Shown: positions 50,936 through 64,000 of the stretch, piece by piece | Layout: the number at the start of each line of letters is the position of its first letter | Numbering within the stretch: the stretch's first letter is position 1 | Assembly (NCBI RefSeq): GCF_021028975.2 | Contig: NC_059432.1 | Span: forward strand, 80,848,001-80,912,000 | DNA from: Sphaerodactylus townsendi | Lineage: Eukaryota | DNA: 64,000 bases | Direction of reading: 5' to 3' | Made by a program: the position numbers and the translations under genes | The notes under the pieces: model-generated | Told to the model about the DNA's origin: nothing | The model's input: the letters and a program-made list of their open reading frames with translations, nothing else | Database searches by the model: none

Positions 50936-52589
50936 AAGTGAATCCCCATCATGCTGTTAATTTGTGAACATAAGGAAAAAAATAACAGAAAATTCAAAAG
51001 ACCATGAAATGAACAAAGGATGTATTTATGTTAAATCATAGTTCTACTAATCATGGGCAGCCCCAACACATGCATCAATAAACCAGCAAAGAAGCCAGAT
51101 AGAACTAAGGTATACATTTTTGCAAACCTGGGAGGAAACCCCAATCTGCAGAATTTTAAAAGTGGGGGGGGGGGTAAAAAACCCTCCCCAAATCATTAAC
51201 AATTCTAGCAATTCCTAGACAGGCATGGTATCTCTTCTGGGTTTCCCTCCCCCAGAATGCTGTAGTGATTGGCAACCAAGGCCAAGTGGGTGAGTGAGTC
51301 TGAGGATGGAAAGAGAAAAGAGAATTATACTGCAGATTCTCACTTTGTTCAGCTCCAATAAGCAAAAATAAATGTCTTTCCTTTGTTATACACTTAGTAG
51401 TGTTGACGACCTCCCATTAGGACTTCTTCTGGAATTACAACAAATCCACAAACCACAGAGATCAGTTCCCTTGGAAAAAATGGCTGCTTTGGAGCGTGGA
51501 CTCTGTGGCATTATACCATGCTGATGTGTCTTCCCTCCCCAAACCCTGCCTTCCACAGGCTTCATCTCCAAAATCTATAAAAAAAATTCCAAGATGGAAT
51601 TAACAACCCTAGTATTTAGTAAATAATATTACAAGCCCCAGTAACCTCAGCTATACCATCTTGGGCTCCTGTGTTTGCTTATCCTGTCCTGTTATATATA
51701 CCCTCTTATGGAAACAGTGTCTTTCTGCTTTCTATGTTGGTCAATCATGTGTCTTTGCAAAAGAATAAATGGACATACATAAACCACGATAGTCAGACAC
51801 CAGTAGAACTTTTCAGTCTCCAAAAACACTCTGTTGTTGACTTCAAAAATAAGATCTTACTTCAAATAAAATCATCCCTCAACAGCAGCAGCAATAAAAA
51901 AAGCTTCAAAGGGAGACCCCAATGCTAAACTCCTGAATTGGGGCTCATTAAATGGCTACATGCTATCTCCTCCAGAGTAGACAATACAATATCCTTGCAA
52001 GACAAACTTTTATTAATTTTCTCAAATATAATTCAAGAACAGAAAAGAAAATATAGAAAAAGAAAAAATATATATTAGTCTTAAAGGTGGCACATGACTC
52101 CTGCTTACATTTCCTGCAACAGCCATTTCTCTGGAATTATAGACATCCAACCAAGTTTACATAACAGGAAAACAGCGATACATACCCACAAACTGTAATA
52201 TGTTTTCAGAAGAATCTGTTTTCAGAACGTATGCAGGATTCAGTACAATTCTATTTTTAATGGTTTGTTCTGCTCCCTTTTCTCCACCCCTCAGCCCTCC
52301 ACATTGGTGAAAATATTCAACTCACGCAGCAGGTTGCAAACATGCTCAACACGCATAGAGAGGGGCATCTGCTGCCCCTCCCTACCTTCAAGCTCCACAT
52401 GTTCCCTACAAACTTACAGTTCTGTGCCTATGCACACAATTAGCTGGATATCCAAAAGTCAGAAGATGGGAATAGTAAGAGTGATCCTGCTCCCCACTAA
52501 GATCATTGAGTGTACATACAATAAAGTGTTGAAGAAGGCTTGTGAGGTTGTGAACGGTGAGATTGCTACATTACAATAGATGCAATTAT

Positions 52590-53100
52590 TATTATTATTA
52601 ATTATTATTTTATTAAATTTATATCCCACCCTATCCCCATAGGGCTCAGGGTGGGTTACATCATTTAAAGAAATCAATAAAATCCTTAAAAATAACAATA
52701 CAAATATTAAAACAATAAACTCCAACACCCAATTAATGGATTCAGATGGTTATAGATAATACAATCCCCAATCACCACCCCTTCCCCCCCCTCAACCCCC
52801 ACCCCGCAGGTCAAAAAGAGATGATCTTACATTATTCAAACCAGCTGGCTAGTTGGAAGAGAGCCTGAAATTAGAACAGCCAGCTCTGCAGATTTCTCCC
52901 CTCTGCAGGGAACTGTGTGTTAAGCTCCATATGAGCCTCTCACATCACTTGGAAACTTGTTCCACCAGGCTGGAATCAGGGATGAAAAGGCCCTGGCTCT
53001 TGTCCATGCCAGCCAGATGACTCTCAGGCCAGGGATCACCAAAAAGTTTCCCTTTAACAACCATAGGGGCCTTTCAGGGCAATACAGGGATCTACTGAGA
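52590..53100 (-). mobile_element. L2 3' fragment with 3' UTR and (AAT)n tail
   Basis: PGLRVIWLAWTRARAFSSLIPAWWNKFPSDVR; terminal CACCCTGAGCCC..GGGATAGGGTGGGATATAAAT on the minus strand. Confidence 0.7.
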
Positions 53101-54131
53101 TGTAATAATGCATCTATTGAATGTAATAATAATGGTCCATAGTAACCAAGCCAATTTGAGGATTCTGAGAGCATTGGGGACATTAGTAGTAAATATGCAG
53201 CTTTCATGTGCCCTGCCCTGATAAAGCCCTCACCCACTGTTTTTGAAGACTGGAGTACATTGTATATCTTATTAGGCCTCCCCTGAAATTTCCCAGATAG
53301 ATGATTTTCTAGTGTCTCTTGGTATTCTCTCAGTGCTGCAGTTCTCAGCAGGCATTTTAGACATAACTTCTGCATACAGATGGTCTTCTGCATTGGTTAA
53401 AATATTTTAATTACAGTGCAGGGGTGCAACATCAATTTGTTGCAAGGTAAAAGGAAAAGGATTCAATCTTTTTTTTAAATCATTCTTAAGTTATGCAAAG
53501 GTCAGGGAGCAATGAAAATCCCAAATGAGCTGAAAATATGAAAGCTGTTCTGTGAAGTCAGGGCAATAGAAGAGATTGCAGATGCCAAGCAAAAGGGAGA
53601 GGAACAATAGGCAAAAGAGAACAGCAAGAGGTTTTAGAGCTTTGAACAAATTATCATTTGAATCAGGTTACAAATAATTGTATCCTACCAAATCTGAGCT
53701 GAAACAACTGTGCCAATACGTGATACAATCTTTCCTATTGCTAGCCTTTCTGTTAGATCCCCAGATATTTATGGAACACGTAATATAAAGAAGGTTATGG
53801 GGTGAAAACACAACTGAAAATGGAGGATTCGTTTGAGGGAGACATGTTCAGAGCTATTCATGCCAGATTTTATTCACATTTCTAGTGCCAACTGAAAGAA
53901 TAGTTGTCATCTAGAATGGAAATCTTGCCAGCCTTCCGGTTTGGCATGTGCAGTAAACAGAAGCTGTGTAACCCTGTCGATGTGGGTGAGGTATTCATAG
54001 TTGTTTCTACTAGAGCCAAAACCAGGAAATGCTCAGAGTGACTGTAAAAGATCAATAAAGTTTTCAGGCTTTTATTTAAATCACAAGGAGGAGGAAAGTA
54101 AGATGTGGTTAAACTCCGCAACATACAATAA

Positions 54132-54133
<2 letters not shown>

Positions 54134-54190
<57 letters not shown>
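54134..54190. repeat. (GT)n microsatellite
   Basis: about 28 perfect units. Confidence 0.98.
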
Positions 54191-54191
<1 letters not shown>

Positions 54192-54234
54192 GAATGAATT
54201 AAGTACACACACTCTCTGAATAGCATATAATTTG

Positions 54235-54699
54235 AAATATGACATAAAAACAATTGAAAATAAACTACCTACTTTCTCCAATTTAGATTTTTTTTCACTT
54301 ACTTTTAATAGTTAAAGTAATTCATTTGATGGGTTGGAATAAAATTATCACAGTAATTTATGAGATTATAGTGTCATAATAACCTGTGTATTAAAATGCC
54401 ATAAAATTTATGAAGTTTCCCAAGATTTCTATGTACGACAGCATCAGCAACAAATATGACATTAAAAGCCCTGAAAAGAAACTACCTACTTTCTCTGATT
54501 TAGATTTTTTTTGGTTACTTTCAATAGTTAAATTAATTCATTTGATGTTGGAATAAAATTATTACAGTAATTTATGAGATTATAGTAATTATAGATTATA
54601 GGTTATAGATTATAGTCATAATAACCTGTGTATTAAAATGCATTAAAATGTTTAAAGTTTCCCAAGATTTCTATGCACGACAGCATCAGCAACAAATAT
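54235..54699. repeat. local tandem duplication (217 bp + about 242 bp)
   Basis: Two highly similar copies starting AAATATGACAT at 54235 and 54452. Confidence 0.92.
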
Positions 54700-55195
54700 A
54701 TGAACTACTTCCACATAAAGAAAAGAATAAGAGCCTGGATACTTTCCAGCAGTCGTGCAAGATTTTCCTGGTGGGTACAGTTACCAACCTCAAGGTAGCG
54801 CCTGTAGATCTTTTGGAATTACAACTGATCTCCTGATTACATGGCATTATGCTCTACAGCATTATATTCCACCCTCCCCAGCCTTCACCCCCAAATCTCT
54901 GGGAATTTCTTACCCAGAGTTAGCAACTTTAGTCCTGGCATTCAACAGCTACCGATATGTGAGAGAGCAGATTGAGACAGGCATCATTGCTGTGATCATT
55001 GCCTGTCATCAAAGCTGTGATTTTTTTTTTTGTTCTTCCGGTCTCAAGGTATACACTTGGATTAGCTAGAAGTGTGAGCACCTGGCCTAAGCCAAAGAGC
55101 AAGAGTCAAAGGGCTCTTGGCCCTTAGCCCACAACTTCTGTGGCCTTGAATGAGCCCTTTGGAGTCAAGACCTCAACAAGATGTAGTTAGTTATG

Positions 55196-56077
55196 GGCCA
55201 GTTCTGCACAACACAAATAAAACATTTTCAGGACAGAAATAAAAGTGTTTGGAATTCTGCACATGTTTTGAAAAAGTTTTTTGTGCTCAAAACAGCTTTT
55301 TCTGAAATTGCTAAACTAGTGATCTTTTTTCTTGAAAACATCTCCTGCTTGCTGTGCAGAGAGCAAGAAACTTGTTACCCAGGTTTGGTGAAGTTTGGTC
55401 CAGGGGGTCCAAAGCTATGGACTCTCAAATGGAGTGCCCCATACCCCATTGTTTCAAATGGGAGCTAATAGGAGATGGGGGCTACACATTTGAGGGTCCG
55501 TAACTTTGATCCCCATGAACCAAACTTCACCAAACCTGGGTTGTAAAATCAGGAGGGTCTCCTAAAGATACTCTGTAATGTAGGGGCTGCTAGCTTAATA
55601 ATTGCACCCCTGACAGCAGGCACCCCCCTAAGGGACAGACCTAGGAGTCTTCACTAGAAACATGCTGCAGTGAGGATGTTGGAACATGGATGAAAAGGTG
55701 CCAGTTCTTTTGAAACTTGGTTGTATCTAGATTAAATTTTCAGTGAGAATTCGGCCTTGATATGCAGAGTTCAAATATCTGTAGCTTTAAAGACAGCTCA
55801 TTGAAAAAAAGGAAAAATGCCCCATGCGTGTAACTGGCAGGCAAAACTAACTTTATTCATGTACTTTAAACATTGAAATGACGGGCGGCTACAAAGCAAG
55901 CAGAGAAAACATCTGTGGGAAACAATCAGCAAATGGTGGGTGGCATGGAGCAGCAGAAAGAAGAGCTGTTTTCAACTAAAACGCTTTAATGTTTTGTGCT
56001 ATGTAGACAAAAAAGCCAAAACAGTTCTCTTTAAAACATTTCCAAAACATTTTAAATAGTCTGCACAGAAAAAGCCA
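55196..56077. mobile_element. AT-rich Harbinger-type MITE carrying a palindromic module (55377-55631)
   Basis: Left end GGCCAGTTCTGCACAACACAAATAAAACA matches the reverse complement of 15160-15187; degenerate right end TGCACAGAAAAAGCC. Confidence 0.6.
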
Positions 56078-58938
56078 CCTTCTGTTTGTTTCAATTAACT
56101 TATTTTTTTTATTTATGCTTATCAATGTGGCCAACCACTTTGGGTTCCTTCAGGGAGAAAAGTAGTGAATAAATAAACTAAATAAGTTCAAGGAAGTACA
56201 ATATAATTTTCATTTCTAGATTGATGGGCAGACAAATAGAACATAAATGTACACACTAGATATACTTTTTTCCTGTGGTGTTTTGTTACCTGACTTTTAT
56301 GAAACAGGAAAGGCTGAAATTGAAATAGCAATTCTCTCTTACCTTCCTCTCCTCACTCAGTGGATCAAGACTGTGTAATATCTTCTGCTACAGTTTTACA
56401 AGAAGGCACAGGCTGAGAAAACAATTTAGGACTAATTAGATTGGTAGACGAAGGTCATGGCTACACATTCAAACACCATCTTTGGGTCAAACTAAACATG
56501 GCATGAGAAATCTGTGACTGTTTTTAAAAAGCTAATTAGAAGCAGCTCTACTTGGTTGCTTCCAGATATGGGCAAGGGTTGCTATGGAGGGGTGTTTAAC
56601 TCTTTCCTCAAAATATATCTTTCATGGTTTAAACGACACTCCCCCAAGTGCTTGTTTTCATACCTCCTAGACCTGAATGCAACGGGGAGGGGGTAGTAAT
56701 TGAAGACGCCATGGAGGTGCTGCCACATGGGCCTGCTAATTAGTTTTTTTTTTTTTAAAGCAAGAAATGTTGATCAGTGATGCAGCTTTTCTCATATGAT
56801 AATAGCAAATAAAAAGATCTAAGAAGTTCTGCATGACTCTGGGCCCACATACTTGAACCCCTAGCCTTGCCAAATCCATTATAAGAAATGGAGATTTTGT
56901 TGGGGCAGGGAGAGGATGAGGGGAATGGGGTTTGGGGGGAGGAGGGACCCCAGCAAGAGCCTAGTGCCATAGAATCTATTCCAAAACAGCCATTTTCTCC
57001 AGGGGCACTGATCTCTGCCATTTGGAAATACGTTGTGACTCCTGAAGATCTCCAGACCCCACCTGGAAGTTGGCAACTTTTTTTCCAGATAGATTTTATC
57101 TTTATTCTTAATTATATATTTTTATTGTTTTTACTGTTTAAACTGTGAGCAACCTCAAGCAGACTTACAAATTGCCTAAATAAATAAATATTAAACAAAG
57201 CAGAGCACCCAATCATACTTGATAATCACAAAGGAATGGTCAAAAGGGTATTTTAATTTGTACAGCCAGCCCTTAGCAAGTCTGGTGAAGAAAGACAATG
57301 ATACTGCCAACAGCCAGTGCAGTGACTCTGCTTTATTTTCACTGCTTGTGTAAGTTTTCAGGAAGAAGTAAAGAATTTTCTTGCCAGTGCTCCCCTGTGT
57401 ATCCACCCCACTTGAAACTAATTCAGGAGCAGGTTTTCAGGAAACAGTGAAGTATTTGTTAAGCATAGCAACCATCATACAGTGAAACTCAGATAACCAA
57501 ATTCTGTCACCCTTGTATATTATTTCAGGATGGGGAACATATGATGATATAGTAAGATACAAAAATCTAAGGAACATATGGCTATTAAATTGCATGCTAA
57601 GGGATAAGATGCATTTCGGTTCACAAGGAAGGGGTAGGAAACACAGCAAATTCCAAGAATTCCATCATTCTAGAATTTTTGGACGCCTTTATTTTGGGAC
57701 TTGAACCAAAACGTGGCACAGGCATATCTAAAAGGGTGGATTCCACTAATCAAAGAGAGAGGGTAGGTAGGAAAAAATGAGTATCTAAATCAAGCATTCC
57801 ATTTCTAGAAACCTTTTCCTAGGCTGTCTCCACCAAAACTCCACAGGAACAAATCAACTCTTCTGCTCTTGGTTTCTCTGATTTGAGAGTCATCTGCACC
57901 ATTGTATGATCAGCAACAATCATGGAAAAGTTGAATAGCATAAACATGTGTAGATCCTGTTAATTTTAAAGGCATCTTGCATAAAAGGTGCCCCCATGAA
58001 TTAAGAGTAACCCATAGTCCTATACTGTCAAAAAATCTGGATCTGTGGCACTAAAATAATGCCCAGAACAGCTAGATTATTAAAAAGTGTACATATGCAT
58101 CTTCTTCTTTATATTTTCCATGACATGTTTTGTCATGCTTTAAGTATTTTTTGCACCTATAGGTAGAAGTTACAAGGTTACAAGTTATGTTGGAGTTCCA
58201 GCCCCCAAAAATTCAGCTTTGGTAGGGAAAGGTGGGATATTGATATTTCAGATTTTTCTCCAAAAGTGGGACTTCTCAGGTTTGTTGAAAGAACTGTCTG
58301 GTTTGTTCACAGCATCAGTCTCCAGACTGAAGTATCCACAGATCTGGCTATCTTGAAAATTACACATATTGATGAATGTATATATAAACTGTCAATATAA
58401 GTTTACATGTAATTACATAGTCATATACAACTTTAATTTTTATTGTATCATCAGTTTGAAAATGCCTACTTTTTTATATTTAGATGCTCCAAACATATGT
58501 CTTTAATTCACCCAAGAGAACAAAGCACTTCCACTTGAGTCTAAACACATGAATAGTTAATCAAAGCTCTTGACTCTGAAAAAAAATATGCAAACATGCT
58601 AAAGATCATTTGAAGAGCTTGAATAGATATACCCAAAGAGAAAACATAGTATTTTCATAAAGCTTAACTTATTTTTGTGAGATCTGGATTATCTGATAAA
58701 TCTTAAAATAGGACATTTGTACATCCTCAAAATAGAATCCAAACTGTATATCAATAAGCTAAGATATTTTTCATACCTCCTCATACATTAAAAACCACAA
58801 TAGTCATAAATCTCTGGGTGGATGGTTGGGTGTGACTTGTGTTTATTGTACATGTAGGTAACTTCATACACCTGAACCCTCAGGCACCATGAACTCCTGT
58901 TGTAGCTGCCAGACCCCACCCCCTGCATGTGTTTCCAA

Positions 58939-58980
58939 GGGGGTGGGTGGGGTGGGGTGGGGTGGGGTGGGTGGGGAAGG
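58939..58980 (+). repeat. (GGGGT)n G-run array, G-quadruplex potential
   Basis: eight runs of 3 or more G separated by single T. Confidence 0.85.
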
Positions 58981-59214
58981 ACTCTCACTCCTTCCCATGG
59001 GCAGCAGGTGGCAGCTCACCAGGTCAGCTTCTGCTTGACTTTCTGGCAGGCAAACCAACAGCTAGGCTCTGTCCCAGGCAGGGATGAATAACGCAATTCA
59101 TGGGGCCATTATGTTTTGCTAATATATCTTTAGCCAAAGAACAAAATTTGTGTCGATTTTTAAAGGCTGTGGCAAGTAAATGATTATAACAAACAGGTAA
59201 GAGCTGCCAACATG

Positions 59215-59512
59215 ATGTAATGTTAAGAGTGATGAACTCTAATCTGGAGAACCAGGTTTGATTCCCTATATGGGTGGTCAACTCGCATCTGATGAATTGG
59301 ATTTGTTTCTCCACTGCTACACATGAAGCCTGCTGGGTAACCTTGGGCTAGTCACAATGCTCTCAGAATTCACCCCCACCTACTTCACAAGCTGTCTGTT
59401 GTGGGGAAAGGAAGGGAAGGAGTTATAAGTCACTCTGAGGCTCTTCACAGGAGAGAAAGGTGGGGTATTAATCCAAACTCCTCCTCCTCCTCCTCCTCCT
59501 CTTCTTCTTCTT
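59215..59512 (+). mobile_element. tRNA-derived squamate SINE (Squam3-like) with (TCC)n/(TTC)n tail
   Basis: GGTTTGATTCC box B, duplicated head segment, body homologous to 1880-2112. Confidence 0.78.
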
Positions 59513-60414
59513 CACCAATGTGTGATGGTGGAGGCATCAGGGTATTAGGAGCATGCCCATATTTTTACTATATTTCATGTAAGGCGAAGTAAAATCTCCT
59601 ACAGAGTGAAAAACATGGGAGAAGAAGCCATTTTTTCTTGCCCTTAACTTACTTTACCACAGGACCAGGAAAGGCACCAAGAAAGGGACTAACTCTGACC
59701 ATGGTAAAAATGAACCTACTTCCCTCACATGGAGAAATTAGAAATCAGCAGCTATCTCACCTTGTTTTAGAAATTCGATTTGCTACTGCTGAAAATTATA
59801 AATCCTTGTGTTTGTATACATGATTGCAAAACCATTCACAGGCGTTGACTGTTGGTATGCTACAGTTTCCATCATGCTGTGTACAGCTGGAAAGGAGGAA
59901 CCTTTGTACAGTTTTATGCTTGTTCAACTCATACACTAGACAAGATTATAAAACAATTTGGTGTTTATTGAGGCAAGAGCAGTTTAATGTACACTGACTC
60001 CTGCCAATATTAGGAGGTTTGTGAGTATGACAGCATAAACAGATGACTGATTTTGAAAAGGATGACTTCAAGGGAAAGCAATGCCAGCTCACCAGATGCA
60101 AAACAGCACTGACCAGAAATGTTTGTTCACATTATGAAATAACAAATACAATACAAGTATGTCCACAAAGCTTAGCAGCCTGCAAACATTTTTACTAGAT
60201 GGCCTATACACGTATATCAGTGTATATCATTCATACTGGCAGAACATATGTCAAAGTTGAAAACAGTTATTCTACTCACCCCCAAGGATCATTGCTTGAG
60301 TATAATCCCTGGCTCTCAATATGCATGCATATGTGGATGGGTACACACTTTTCAGTGTTACTAATCTGACCTGCACATTTTTTCTTAGAAATTTTCAAAC
60401 ATTTGAGTGAACAC

Positions 60415-60588
60415 CAGGGGTGGAGCGAGGGGGAATTGTGCCCGGGGCACCCTATGTCCCTGCTGCGGCACTGCCCATCCCCCGGAACACCTCCACCATG
60501 CCCCCTCCATGGCCCAGCTATGCCCCCGTTGCGGCGGCACCCAGGGCGTTGCACCCACCACCACCACCACATTGGCGCTACAACGCTG
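60415..60588. mobile_element. hAT-type MITE (174 bp)
   Basis: TIRs CAGGGGTGGAGCG / CGCTACAACGCTG; perfect 8-bp TSD GTGAACAC. Confidence 0.9.
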
Positions 60589-60599
60589 GTGAACACACA

Positions 60600-61010
60600 G
60601 GCCCTTTCTGCACAAATCACTGAAAAAGCTTCAAAAATGTTTTCAACCCCTTACCACAATGTATGTCTGCACTCACCCCCTCAAAATGATTTCTGGCTGC
60701 CATTACATGATTTTTAAGTTTTGTTTTGAGTTTTGTATTGAATCTAAATGAACAAATAAACAGGTGAGGGGGAACGAGCTGGGAAATGGCACTGAGGAGG
60801 AAGTTCAGGGAAAGCAGAGAAGCGTGGGAAATGTAGTAAATAGATCGCTGAAGAAGTTTTCAAAATGTTTCAGTCAGAGAATCATTTTAAAAGGGGATTT
60901 ATTTAAAATGTTTTGAGGCTGAAAATAAAATGTTTGGGGGTAAAAACCACGCAAAACTCCATGAAGGAAATGTTTTATGTTTTATTTCCTGTCTCAAAAC
61001 AGAAAGAGTC
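60600..61010. mobile_element. AT-rich Harbinger-type MITE
   Basis: Starts GGCCCTTTCTGCACA; right part aligns with 15075-15160. Confidence 0.65.
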
Positions 61011-61019
61011 AGACATTAC

Positions 61020-61168
61020 CTCTCTCCAGGGTGTTGGTTTTTCTGCTACGGGACGAACTCTGCTTCCATCCAATCTTCCTCCTCTAATGACAGATGCGCC
61101 AACACTGACTCTACACGGATTTTTCCTTATCACCCATGCTTTGGTAGGCTTTGGACAGATATTTATTT
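61020..61168 (-). CDS. candidate internal coding exon of an unidentified gene (strand ambiguous)
   Basis: TTTCATTACATAG| 149 nt |GTAATG; open frame (E)INICPKPTKAWVIRKNPCRVSVGASVIRGGRLDGSRVRPVAEKPTPWRE; CpGs retained; protein not recognised. Confidence 0.3.
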
Positions 61169-61798
61169 CTATGTAATGAAAGTACATCATCAGTAAAACA
61201 TTAATGTCATGTATTGTAATTTGTCAGTGGGCTATGCTTGATGAAAAAGCTATATATAGTATGGTTATTTTTAAAAACTCTAAAAATCTAATAGATGCGA
61301 GGGAGAAATACTTTATTTCAAGCCATAGATGTTTTAATCAAAGGTGTTACTGAATCTCAGAGGAACACTGATTCAGTTTGAAAGTTCATGTTTCTTTCAA
61401 TGTTTCTCCACACTCTACACATATTAATGAAATTGGTACCTTTTTTCTGTCGGTTGTTTAACCTGAAAAGAGGAGGAACTGAACCCGGGGCTGTCAATCA
61501 CCCACTGTGGAGTGACGACCTCCAGTCCCAGTTCAAAGCAAAGGTGGGGGGAAAATAGCAAAAAAAATGGCCAGCGGGTCAAAGGTATGCTATCATTCCC
61601 TTAGAAAACCTGGAAGTGACATCAGTCCTCTCTAGAAATCAGAGAATTCCTAAACAGGTGTGACATCTCATATGTGTTTTCCTCAGAAGTGATGTCTGTG
61701 CCCCCTGTGCCCCCAAGGATCTCTTGCTGGTCGCCATGCTATGCCTGGTACTGGTGGACTGATTTACAGTAGAATTACATAATTTTGTCTCTTTAGAC

Positions 61799-62567
61799 CA
61801 GTGTTTTTTGGTTGAGACCCAAAAGTGGGTCATGAAGAATTTGAAAGTGGTTTTCAGGCCAGCCATCCCTAATAGCAGCTGCTGCCCTTCACATTCTTCT
61901 CTTTCTTTCTTTCATGCCGACTTCTCACCTTTTCATCTCTGCCTCCCTGTTTATGAGGATAACGATAGTGTGGGGTCATGGTGGTTCACAGAAGTAGCTG
62001 AATGAAGGGGTGGAGGGTGGGAGAATAGGTGAGAGTTGCTCAGCATGCCATGAAAAAACTAGAATAGGACCAACAGAAGCATGTATATGCTTGGGCTGTA
62101 TCTTGGTGCTGCTTCTCCAGCAGCTCAACCTCACGCCCAGCTCCCTGCAATGACCTCTATTGTGGTGGATATACTGCACTGAGCCCCTTGTCACAAACCT
62201 CTTGACTGACATCTGACATCTTTATGTATTTCTTCAACCTAGAGACTCCCCTCCCCCAAGCACATCTCCTCAAACTCCAGCTCGAGGCCAGAGGAGGAGG
62301 AGATGAACTCCTACTTGTTTGGGGTTCATAGTGGAGGCATCTTGCACCCTTTGTGTGATGTCTACTGATTTCTCAAAATCATCTGGTTGGACATTATAGA
62401 AAAGGAAATTCTGGAATAGATGGTTGCCACAGTCATAGCTTGCAAAGAGCACCCCACACACACACCACCACCACCACAAAAAAATCTTAGACCAGGTCTG
62501 GACAGATCACCATACAAAATATATTTGGACTTGTAGGTCACCATATTAAAAAGGCTGGGAAGCACTG
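61799..62567. mobile_element. old non-autonomous hAT (Charlie-like) element
   Basis: Ends CAGTGTTTT / GGGAAGCACTG; 8-bp flanks CTTTAGAC / TTTTAGAA; sub-terminal GACCCAAAAGTGGGTC palindrome. Confidence 0.6.
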
Positions 62568-64000
62568 TTTTAGAATAAAAGTCCATCGTTGATTATTGCA
62601 GACACTAGCTTGTACCAGTCTTTCTGGAGCAAGTTAATTCCTTGTTCTCTGCTGGTATTCTTGTACACCTGTTACTCTGTTTTAATGTGTCATTATTTCA
62701 AATATTGCATACATGTAGGGTTACCAGGGAGTGCCTGTTGCAGAACTGTTCAGAGCAGTTTTCAGCAATCCTCCAGGTAAGTACATGAAGCTACTTTTTT
62801 TTAAAGAAAAAGATACTCCTGGAGCACAACAAGCAACATAACCCCACCATCCCCACCGGAACTTGGCAGCCCTAACCAGTAGTGAGACAATCCTATTAAT
62901 TAAACTAATAATAGCTGAGTCAAAGTCAAGTAGCAGATTCCGTATCACTACAGTCTTGGCAGCCTTCAGGAAGAACACTGGTGTTCTGTGTTTTATACCA
63001 GCCTCCACACAAATATTGCCCTGAGCAATCTACTCAAATTCAACACTTTTCAATACCACTGATTTCAACTGCAGGTCTAATAATGGCTGAGAAACCAAGA
63101 TAGTTTCTGCACGGTCCAATATCCCAGGTTGAGCAAAGGAAATATCCCAGTTTGGCCAAGAAGTTTGCATGGTTCCCAAGCCTAAAGCAGATTTGTCCTG
63201 TGATATTTCCTTCATCCCGGAATTTTCAAAAATTACCAATTTGGCAATTCTTTTCCAAATTCCCACATTGAACCCGCTACCGTGCAAACACTATGGGAGC
63301 AGAACCAGTTTATTTTTCCTGCCCAGCCACCTGATTTCCCCACCTGATGTCATGTCAGTTTTAAACTCTGCTGAGTCACCAACCGTTGCAGCCTGGCCTT
63401 CACAAAACATTCCCCAAGCATGTTTTCTGCTCATGGTATCAACCGGGTGCCTTTTCACCTGAAGCACAGCCTTTTTGTGGACCAGCAATACAAAAGTCAG
63501 GGCAGATATTTTCATTCAAGCTGCCACACCAAAACAACAGCCAATCAAAATGTGGGACACTGGGGATGTTCGCACATGCACAGATATGCTTGCGGTGTAA
63601 ATACAAAAGACTGAGGCTCGTGCAAAACAAACTGGAGTATTTCCTCCTGGTTTCACAGAAATGAGCAGCCATGCGAAGAGAGAAACTGAGATAAAATAGA
63701 CCCAGATTGTAAAATACCGATTGTAACCTGGTACAATTGTGCCATGTGGAAACGACCCCAAAAAACTTGAAAGCTCTTGCTGGAGACTGGAGAAGATCAG
63801 GTAATACCTTGCCACCTTTCCTCCCAGGCTTAATAATACTTGCTCCAATATTGATATTCAAACCACGTCAAGAAAATCAGTTCTGATTGTTTCATTTTGA
63901 ATATCTGACCTTGGAATTCACCTCAAGGCAGATTTTGAATGTTAAATTAATTTGAGCCCAACTTTGATGTGCTACTGAATTATTATTCACCCCTTCTACC

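Noticed and set aside
53882-54060. Minus-strand acceptor CTTTTACAG with an open frame
   Set aside because: No convincing donor and no recognisable protein; the ORF is extended by the (GT)n repeat.
63030-63861. Several 85-140 aa ORFs near the window end
   Set aside because: No recognisable domain or consistent splice structure; TGTGGAAACGACCCC near 63745-63760 looks like a MITE end, but I could not find its partner TIR.

Overview
This is eukaryotic, repeat-rich, essentially non-coding (intronic or intergenic) vertebrate DNA. The repeat set points to a squamate reptile, probably a gecko (inference): CR1 and L2 LINE relics, two Penelope-like lineages, tRNA- and 5S-headed SINEs, and many hAT- and PIF/Harbinger-type MITEs. 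I recognise no intact host gene. Almost all listed ORFs are chance or transposon-derived; only a few isolated candidate exons exist, the best at about 61.0-61.2 kb with ambiguous strand. There are two assembly gaps (29280-29416, 46700-46849). Most notable: (1) a decayed hammerhead-ribozyme motif at the 3' end of a Penelope element, plus a second relic; (2) a 166-bp tandem unit built from TTAGGG-like hexamers, in a three-level nested insertion; (3) a young CpG-rich Harbinger-type MITE whose internal hairpin ends in a perfect CAG|GTAAGT splice donor on both strands; (4) a hAT-bounded element carrying cargo shared with Harbinger-type MITEs; (5) a 16-nt insertion with a 13-bp duplication that resembles a Penelope 3' terminus. 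Repeat family names come from motif recall and TIR/TSD structure, not database searches.
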